This document shows, in pieces, positions 48,343-55,078 of a stretch of DNA of 64,000 nt (positions within the stretch are counted from its first letter, which is position 1; each line of letters begins with the position of its first letter). This DNA comes from Desulfobacterales bacterium (GTDB lineage Bacteria; Desulfobacterota; Desulfobacteria; Desulfobacterales; SpSt-501), in assembly GCA_035467535.1 (NCBI GenBank), contig DATITS010000053.1, positions 395-64,394 on the forward strand. Reading direction: 5' to 3'. The notes beneath the pieces are model-generated. The model saw only the letters and a list, made by a program, of their open reading frames with translations. It did not search any database and was not told the DNA's origin. The position numbers and the translations under genes were made by a program.

Positions 48343-48597
48343 TTAACGTTGGGAAGTTGATAGGGTTCGCTCAAACTCCGGAAGCCAGATACCGGTTTTA
48401 TGTTGGTAGGTCTTGACAACGACTTTATCGGGATACAAGAAAAGCGAATTGGTCCATATCGTCTCACGGTTCATGTCCGTGTTATGAATATTCGTTACCC
48501 GGTTTGCGTAAATATTGATGGGCGCGGCAAAGCTCTCTTCTCTGGGAGGTGTGTGGGTATGGCCGGAAACCCAGAGAAACACCTGCGAATTCTGCAT
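48343..48597 (-). pseudogene. C-terminal fragment of a calcineurin-like metallophosphoesterase
   Basis: Only the last motif is present (VFLWVSGHTHTP). An in-frame TGA lies 9 codons upstream of the ATG, and the N-terminal metal-binding motifs (GDxH, GDxxDRG, GNHE) are missing. Local GC content is lower than the surroundings. Confidence 0.6.
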
Positions 48598-48672
48598 GAT
48601 GATATCACAAGCTGATTTCGCTCAATGCCTATGGCAACGCCTACCGGATTTCATTCTGGCAGGCAAGCCTCT

Positions 48673-48918
48673 TCAGCCGACGATACATAAAACGACAAGG
48701 GGGACCACGTTGAACAGAATGATTCCAATCTTGAAGATCGCCATCCCGGCATAGTGAATCGCATCAAACTGATCGCCGGAAAGATGGAACCATCTGCCAT
48801 GGATGCCCTGAATCCAATCGCGGCCAAGCGCAAAGAACAGGAACCAGACCAGCAGTATTGCGTAGTCGATGACCGTGCACCACAGAAGAAAGTTGCGGGT
48901 GACTTCAGTGCTCAGCAT
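48673..48918 (-). CDS. small hypothetical membrane protein (about 3 TM segments)
   Basis: 81-aa ORF with hydrophobic stretches (FLLWCTVIDYAILLVWFLFFAL; IFKIGIILFNVVPLVVLCIVG). No recognisable motif. Confidence 0.45.
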   Translation of the reverse strand: MLSTEVTRNFLLWCTVIDYAILLVWFLFFALGRDWIQGIHGRWFHLSGDQFDAIHYAGMAIFKIGIILFNVVPLVVLCIVG

Positions 48919-48982
48919 ACACTATCTCCTTTTTCGGCATCCAACTCCACGCATAATCGGCGCGGGAGACTGTTGCCTTTGA

Positions 48983-49177
48983 CAGGGTGTTGAAAAACTG
49001 CGCTTCGCGCCGTGATCCGGCGTTGCGCGGCTATTGCAAATGCTCGCATGCAATCGGCTGGAAGCTGGAAGCCTGGCTGACGGCGGCTGAATATTTTTAG
49101 CTTCGAGCCTCAAGCCTCTTGCCTCAAGCTTATATCTGCCTTGGCTGACGGCCTGATGCTTGTTTTTAAACACTCTG
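48983..49177. mobile_element. MITE-like element, family A copy 3
   Basis: cagggtgttgaaaaactgcgc ... gcttgtttttaaacactctg. It has the same orientation as copy 2, and its right terminal repeat is slightly degenerate. Confidence 0.78.
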
Positions 49178-49376
49178 TCAATAAATTGCGGATACGGTTT
49201 GAGCAGTTGAGATTATCACAGATTTTGCCAAATTCCAGATGCGACAGAAAGGATAGGGATAGAATCGTTCGCTTTTCAGGAGGTCTCAATCGGCAGGCTG
49301 CCGAAAATCAACGGATAGGGTCTGATCGCTCGCGCTGGTGTGTCGATCCCACGCTTGCGTGCTGGCTGCTCTGCAC

Positions 49377-50453
49377 TCAAACATAGAAAATGGGGTCCAG
49401 TTTTTTTCGCAGGCGCACGGCCTCGAGCAACCCCACCGTGCCGGTCATCATGTTGTCGCCCAGGGGGGCGCCCCACACCATCGGGAAGCGGGAACCGGCC
49501 ACCATTTTCCGCTTGGGGCCGGTGGCGATGATGGTGGCGAGGGCTTCCGGGCCGGCACTCTTGCGGATGTAGGCGCCGTGGCCGCCCTCGCCCAGGATGC
49601 CGGCGTGGTCCAGGCGCCCGGCGGCAAGGTCCTGCAGCAGCCTCTCCAGTCGCTCGCAGGTGATGTCCCGCGTGTGATACTCGACGAACCCGGCGAGTTC
49701 GCCCTGCAGCATGGCCGCACAGACCGTGTGCGAGGTGGCGATGTCGAGCACCATGAACCGCTCCCGGTTCCGGGCGGCCATGTCGCAGGCGGCACCGGTG
49801 ATGGCGGCCATCCCGCTGTCCATCACGTAGATCTCGTCGGTCGGCAGCTCGCGTGCGCTTGCTGCCATGGACCGCAGCCGGTTCATTACCGGCGGGATCT
49901 CGCCCGCGGCAAACAGCAGCGTTTGCGGAAGCGGCTGCGTATCCAGGCGTTCGCGATAGATGTGGTGGCGGAAATCGAGGTGAGACACACCTTGCGGCGG
50001 CACCCCGTGGTCCTGGGCGCAGATCGCAACGGCCTCGAACGCATAGGGCACGCCGAAGCCTTCCACGATCTGCCGCAGCCGGTCCGCTTGCACATCCCGC
50101 AGCACCAGATGGGAATACTTTTTCCGCCGTCGCAGGGCTTCGGCTTCTTCGTCGCCGACGACGGTGATTCCCCAGGCGCGGACCCGCTCCGGGTCATGGG
50201 CCAGGGTGGCGGCCGCCGAGGCCGACATGACCACCGCGTGGGTCGCGGCCCGCTCGCGCAGGACCTCCGTCACCGGCCCTCCGCCCATCTCGCAGCCGGT
50301 GACCAGCAGATCGCCCGCCAGCCGCGCGGCCTGCGCCGCAATCGTTCGCACCGGTGAGACCACCACGGCCTTGTAGTGGTGGGCGGATTCGGTGTCGTAC
50401 CAGAGCACGTCGAGCGTGCCGGCGCCGATATCGAGCAGCAGAAAACGGCTCAT
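49377..50453 (-). CDS. DUF1786-like protein with actin/HSP70-type (ASKHA) phosphate-binding start
   Basis: MSRFLLLDIGAGTLDVLWYD (DxGxGT), MVLDIATSHT and GGHGAYI. Confidence 0.6.
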   Translation of the reverse strand: MSRFLLLDIGAGTLDVLWYDTESAHHYKAVVVSPVRTIAAQAARLAGDLLVTGCEMGGGPVTEVLRERAATHAVVMSASAAATLAHDPERVRAWGITVVGDEEAEALRRRKKYSHLVLRDVQADRLRQIVEGFGVPYAFEAVAICAQDHGVPPQGVSHLDFRHHIYRERLDTQPLPQTLLFAAGEIPPVMNRLRSMAASARELPTDEIYVMDSGMAAITGAACDMAARNRERFMVLDIATSHTVCAAMLQGELAGFVEYHTRDITCERLERLLQDLAAGRLDHAGILGEGGHGAYIRKSAGPEALATIIATGPKRKMVAGSRFPMVWGAPLGDNMMTGTVGLLEAVRLRKKLDPIFYV

Positions 50454-50665
50454 CGGTCCTTATCCTTGACGGTGCGGATGAACTCATCGGTGTCGGCCAT
50501 CTGGGGCACGATCGTGGGGTGCACGAAGGAGCCGACCTGCAGCCGCTTGACACCGGCCGCCACGAGCAGCCGGAAGAGGGCCAGCTTGTCTTCCAGCCGC
50601 AACACCTTCGGCTCGAACTGCAGGCCGTCTCGCAAGGATTCGTCTTCCAAAATCACGCAGGCCAT
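50450..50665 (-). pseudogene. N-terminal 71-aa fragment of a DRE-TIM metallolyase (HMG-CoA lyase / pyruvate carboxyltransferase-like)
   Basis: VILEDESLRDGLQFEP...AGVKRLQVGSFVHPTIVPQMAD represents the first ~70 of ~300 residues of this family. The frame ends in a TGA that overlaps the ATG of the next gene. Confidence 0.5.
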
Positions 50666-50687
50666 GGTCGATTCCTCATCGGGTTAA

Positions 50688-51203
50688 CTACTTGCCCTTC
50701 GGGATCTTGTTCAACTCCTCCAGGGAGGTCGAATCGTCCCAGACATCGGCGACCGCCTGATACGCCGTGCCGGGCACCTGCATCATGAAGTTCACCCTGC
50801 GCTGGGTCTTGTCGAGCCCGGGTTTGAGCACCCAGTACTCCACCCAGGCGCCGTTCGGGTTTTCAACCGCCTCGTCGCACAGGCTCAGGATGTAGAGCTT
50901 GCCGGTTTGATGGCATTTGGCCTGGGCGACGTTCAGCCCGATCTCGGCGCTCTTCGGGCCGGGCAGGCAGTAATTCTTCTCGCACTCGGTGGCCCACACG
51001 AAGCTGTCCTTCCAGACGAAACGGCCTTTGGGGTTTTCGAGTTCCTTGAGCCCGCCGGGTGCGGACCGGGAGAGGTATTGCACGGCTTCCACGACCTTTT
51101 GATACGCCTCGCGGGGCGTGGCCTTGCCGGTAACCTGTTCGGACTGTCCGAAGGCCAGGGCCGGGGCCAGCACCATCAGCAGCATTAGACGTTTCATCCT
51201 CAT
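50688..51203 (-). CDS. secreted single-Cache-like domain protein
   Basis: Signal peptide MRMKRLMLLMVLAPALAFG. sCache_2-like pattern (AYQKVVEAVQYL...GRFVWKDSFVWATE...GAWVEYWVLKPG...VNFMMQVPGTAY). Confidence 0.55.
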   Translation of the reverse strand: MRMKRLMLLMVLAPALAFGQSEQVTGKATPREAYQKVVEAVQYLSRSAPGGLKELENPKGRFVWKDSFVWATECEKNYCLPGPKSAEIGLNVAQAKCHQTGKLYILSLCDEAVENPNGAWVEYWVLKPGLDKTQRRVNFMMQVPGTAYQAVADVWDDSTSLEELNKIPKGK

Positions 51204-51278
51204 CCTCCTCAGGCGTGATCCGAGGTTGTGAATCCACTTCTTAATACGCTTTCAAATCATGGTCCCGGCGCGGGCCCG

Positions 51279-51677
51279 TCAATCCGGGTTCGGCGACACG
51301 TCGGGCTCCACCTGGTAGGCATTGGCGATCCGGTTCGTGCCGCAGAAGACGTCCACCACGGCCACGATCTCGCCGATGGCCTCGTTGTCCAATCCGAGCC
51401 GCTTCACGGCGGCGCTGTGGGAGTGGATTCAGTACTCGCAGTTGTTGGTGATCGAGACGGAAAGCGCAATGATTTCCTTGGTCAGCGGGTCCAGCTTGCC
51501 GGGTTTCATGACGACTTTCAGTTTCTGCCAGACCGCCTCGAGATGCATCGGGTTCACCGACAGGGCCTTCCAGAAATTGGGGATGAAGTCGATCTTCTTG
51601 GTGGCCCGGATGTCATCGTAGACGGCCTTGACCGTGCCGGTCGCTTCTGCTTCCGATACCGTGCGAAAGAGTGCCAT
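51279..51677 (-). CDS. AhpD-like / carboxymuconolactone-decarboxylase-family protein with in-frame TGA (candidate selenocysteine, motif C-E-Y-U)
   Basis: The tracked ORF stops at TGA 51429-51431, inside ...SITNNCEY[TGA]IHSH..., which is the position of the second Cys of the family CxxC. The same frame continues for 49 family-like codons to the TGA at 51279-51281. A SECIS-like hairpin follows the first TGA. Confidence 0.65.
51388..51427 (-). other. candidate bacterial SECIS hairpin
   Basis: In the mRNA after the UGA there is a lower stem UCCA/UGGA (+5..+8 with +41..+44) and UCC/GGA. The upper stem is GCCGC/GCGGC (+19..+23 with +30..+34), capped by the loop CGUGAA, which contains a GU. Confidence 0.45.
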
Positions 51678-51698
51678 GAGTTATTCCTCCCTGAAGTT

Positions 51699-52274
51699 TC
51701 AAGCGTTAATTTTTTTGAGCAGCCAGGCCATGTTCTGGCCGAGGGTTCGCATGGTCCGGAGGCCCTCCTCGTCCGAGGCGACCTCGCCCTTCTCCCGGCC
51801 CACCCCCAGGTTCCAGTAGCTGGAGCCCGGGATGACCATCTGGCCGATGGTGAAAAAGTGGTTGATGGAATCCAGGGTGTGCACCGAGCCGGCGCGCCGC
51901 ACGGCGACCACGGCCGCGCCGACCTTGCGCCGGAGCAGTTCGTCGTTGGCCTTGGCGACCAGACCGGCGCGCTCGATCAGCGCCTTGAGATCGGCGCTCA
52001 TGTCGGCGAAGTAGGTGGGCGAGCCCAGGAGGATCCCGTCGGCGGCGATCATTTTTTCCAGGCATGCGTTCAGGATGTCCGTGTCCACTGCGCAGCGCCG
52101 GTTGCGGTTTTCAAAACATTTGTAGCAGGCGAGACACCCGTGAATTTTCTGGCCGCCCACCTGGGCCAGCTCTGTCTGAATGCCTTCGGTTTCGATCTCG
52201 GCCAGCACGTGCCGCATCAGTGTATAGGTGTTGCCGTCTTTTCTCGGGCTGCCGTTGAACGCGACAACTTTCAT
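51699..52274 (-). CDS. iron-sulfur flavoprotein (Isf-like NAD(P)H-dependent FMN reductase family)
   Basis: MKVVAFNGSPRKDGNT (flavodoxin-like FMN site), the compact Cys motif CLACYKCFENRNRRC (CX2CX2CX7C) and GSPTYF. Confidence 0.8.
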   Translation of the reverse strand: MKVVAFNGSPRKDGNTYTLMRHVLAEIETEGIQTELAQVGGQKIHGCLACYKCFENRNRRCAVDTDILNACLEKMIAADGILLGSPTYFADMSADLKALIERAGLVAKANDELLRRKVGAAVVAVRRAGSVHTLDSINHFFTIGQMVIPGSSYWNLGVGREKGEVASDEEGLRTMRTLGQNMAWLLKKINA

Positions 52275-52302
52275 GCGAATAGCCTCCGGGTGCATTGCTT
52301 TT

Positions 52303-53883
52303 TTATTTTACCGCCACCGTTTCCCCCCGGCGCGGCACGACCACGTCGTAGCCTTCGGTTCTCAGCTCCTCTGCAAATGCGAGCGACTGCGTCTCTTCGC
52401 CGTGCACCAGGGCGATCCGCTTGATCCGCAGGTTGGACTGCTTCAAAAAGCGCCGCATCTCGTCCTTGTCCGCATGGGCGCTGAAACCGCCGATCTTAAC
52501 CACGTGGGCCTTGAGCGGGTATTCCTTGTTCAAGAGCTTCACGAGCGGCGCATCTCCCTTTCTGCCGGCCTGCGCGTAGGCCAGGCCGAGGTCTTCGATG
52601 CGCCGGCCCAGGGTGTTCTGGGCCATGTACCCGACGATCAGGACGGTGTTCCGCTCGTTGTGGATTTTAAAGCGCAGGTGGTGCAGGATCCGGCCGGCCT
52701 CGCACATCCCCGAGGCGGCAATAACGATCTGGGGCTTGTCTTGCCGGTTGAGGACCATGGACTCCTGCACCGAGCCGACGAACTTGATCTGGTCGAAGCG
52801 AAACGGGTTTTCCCCCTTGGAGAGGAAGGCCGCGTGCGTCTCCGGGTCGAACACCTCGGGGTGCTCCGCGAACACCCGGGTCAGGTTGGTCGCCAGCGGG
52901 CTGTCCACGTAGATCGGGATGTTGCGCAGGTTGTGCTCGTCCGCCATCTCGTGCAGGATGTAGAGCAGGGCCTGGGTCCGTCCGAAAGCGAACGCCGGGA
53001 TCAACACCGTGCCCCCCCGTTGAAAGGTCTGCTCCAGCACGGTCTGGAGTTGTCCCTTGAGGTCGCCGACGGCCTCGTGCCGGCGGTCGCCGTAGGTGCT
53101 CTCCATGACCAGCAGGTCGACGTCGCGCTCCTCCTCGGCGAAGGCGAGGGTGGGGTCGTTGAGGATCGGTTTGCCGAAACGGCCGATGTCCCCCGTGAAT
53201 GCCATCCGAACGGTGCGCCCGTTCTCGCGGGAAGTGAGCATGCTGATGGCCGAGCCCAGGATGTGCCCGGCGTCGTAGAAGGTGCAGGTCAGACCGTTGC
53301 CGACGGTGACCGTGTCCCGATAGGGGTAGCCGTCGAAGCAGGAGAGCGCCTGGTTGGCGTCGGCCACCGTGTACAAGGGGGTAACGGCTTCGAGGCGCAG
53401 CTGGGCGAGCAGGTCGTTGATGGTGTCCACCTTGAGCTCGTGGCGGCCCTTCTTGAGGAGCTGCTTGACTTCCCCCAGATCCGGGGCGTCGTCGTTTCCG
53501 CCGGCGCGGGTGAAGCGCTTCTGGGTGAGCGCCGAACGCACGGTCTTGTAGTTCAGGTAGTTGGCGTCCGACTCCTGGATGCTGGCCGAATCGAGGAGCA
53601 GATACTCGCACGCCGCGGCCGTGGCGCGCGTGCAGATGACGCGACCGGGGAACCCGTTTTGGGTCAGTACCGGAATCCGCCCGGAGTGGTCGAGGTGCGC
53701 ATGCGACAGCACGACATTGGTGAGCAGGCTGGGGTCGAGGGGCAGAACCCGGTTTTTCTCGGCAGCCTCCCGGCGCCGACCCTGAAAGAGCCCGCAATCC
53801 AGCAGAACGCGGTCGCTGCCCGTGGTGATGAGGTGCATGGAGCCCGTGACTTCGCGCGCCGCGCCCAAAAAAGTGACTTGCAT
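52303..53883 (-). CDS. beta-CASP family metallo-beta-lactamase RNase (RNA-specificity domain)
   Basis: MQVTFLGAAREVTGS, SHAHLDHSG, the beta-CASP region (ESTYG...) and a C-terminal SAHAD motif. Start at 53883. Confidence 0.85.
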   Translation of the reverse strand: MQVTFLGAAREVTGSMHLITTGSDRVLLDCGLFQGRRREAAEKNRVLPLDPSLLTNVVLSHAHLDHSGRIPVLTQNGFPGRVICTRATAAACEYLLLDSASIQESDANYLNYKTVRSALTQKRFTRAGGNDDAPDLGEVKQLLKKGRHELKVDTINDLLAQLRLEAVTPLYTVADANQALSCFDGYPYRDTVTVGNGLTCTFYDAGHILGSAISMLTSRENGRTVRMAFTGDIGRFGKPILNDPTLAFAEEERDVDLLVMESTYGDRRHEAVGDLKGQLQTVLEQTFQRGGTVLIPAFAFGRTQALLYILHEMADEHNLRNIPIYVDSPLATNLTRVFAEHPEVFDPETHAAFLSKGENPFRFDQIKFVGSVQESMVLNRQDKPQIVIAASGMCEAGRILHHLRFKIHNERNTVLIVGYMAQNTLGRRIEDLGLAYAQAGRKGDAPLVKLLNKEYPLKAHVVKIGGFSAHADKDEMRRFLKQSNLRIKRIALVHGEETQSLAFAEELRTEGYDVVVPRRGETVAVK

Positions 53884-54164
53884 GGTGTTTCTCCCTTTGG
53901 TGTGGTCCAAGGCAAATGCCCTGATAGGTAGATAATGATCGCCGGCATGTCAACCCTTATCGAGCGCCAAAACGGGCCAAATCCCGCTGCAATTTCGGGC
54001 GAGCCCCGGGGCGCACGGATTTGATCTATGAAAATGGGCGCACTTGTGGCATATTTTGCCTCCGCATCGGGGTGGCCGCGGGTGGATCCCATAGGCCGCT
54101 CAGGCGCCGGCCGTTGCCGGCCTGCCCCGGGTGCACACCGTCACCGCAAGAGGATCCCGTTCGA

Positions 54165-55031
54165 ATGCAGATGCTGCCCACGGTTCTGCCGGCTGCTGTT
54201 TTGATGATCAGCGCGGGCCTGCTGATCATCTTCTACCGGGCCATCCGGCAGCGCCGGCATAACGCCGCCGCGTCGCCGCCGGCCATGGGGGGCGCGCGCG
54301 TTCCCGGCCAGGCGCTGCTGGAGGGGATCGAGCGGGTCGACCAGGAGATCGGGGACTTCACGGCCGGCAGCCTGGCCTTTCTCGGCCTGTTTGTCGGGGT
54401 GATCATCGCCGATGTGTATTTCGGAGAACTCGAGACACGGGCGTTGTCCGCCGCCGGGTCCGGGGCGGTCGGGATCGTCTTTTACTCGCTCAGCCTCACG
54501 CGGCTCGCCTGCCTGATACGGGAGCGGCGCAATCTGCGCCTCGGCTATGATGGGCGTGTCACGGTCGTGCAGGCGTTGAGGTGCCTCTCCCCGGAAGGCT
54601 ATCGTGTCTATCACGACGTGCCGGGGGAGGGATTCACCATCGATCATGTGGTGGTGGGAAAAAAGGGCGTGTTCGCGCTTTCGACCACGATACGGCCAAA
54701 ACCGGTCCGGGCCGGCGGCGAGCCGGCCACGGCGGCCTACAACGGGCACGTGCTGTTTTTTCCGCGTGCGACCGACGATCACACCGTCGCCCGGGCGGAG
54801 AAACAGGCAGAGTGGCTGTCGGAGTGGCTCGGCCGCGCCACGGGCGAGGAGGTGGCCGTGCGCGCCGTCGTGGTGGCCCCCGGGTGGTTTATCAAGCGCA
54901 CAACACCCGCAGGCATCCCGGTCGTCAACCCGAAACAGATCCCGTCGCTGTTCGAGCACATCCAGCCGAGACCCCTCACCGACGCCCAGATCGAAGGCAT
55001 CGCGTACCAGTTCGAACTATCCATCCGCTGA
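54165..55031 (+). CDS. membrane-anchored NERD (nuclease-related) domain protein
   Basis: Three N-terminal hydrophobic segments, then the NERD core (GYRVYHDVPGEGFTIDHVVVGKKGVFALSTT...VVVAPGWF). Confidence 0.7.
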   Translation: MQMLPTVLPAAVLMISAGLLIIFYRAIRQRRHNAAASPPAMGGARVPGQALLEGIERVDQEIGDFTAGSLAFLGLFVGVIIADVYFGELETRALSAAGSGAVGIVFYSLSLTRLACLIRERRNLRLGYDGRVTVVQALRCLSPEGYRVYHDVPGEGFTIDHVVVGKKGVFALSTTIRPKPVRAGGEPATAAYNGHVLFFPRATDDHTVARAEKQAEWLSEWLGRATGEEVAVRAVVVAPGWFIKRTTPAGIPVVNPKQIPSLFEHIQPRPLTDAQIEGIAYQFELSIR

Positions 55032-55078
55032 GAGGAGCGACTTCGGCCGCTTTCGAATCCACCGCTCCGAGGGGTGCG

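Noticed and set aside
50450-50455. Selenocysteine or readthrough interpretation of the TGA that ends the HMGL-like stub.
   Set aside because: The in-frame continuation (AVFCCSISAPARST...) has no resemblance to DRE-TIM lyases. The +1 frame at this position is the well-formed start of the DUF1786 gene (MSRFLLLDIGAGTLD).
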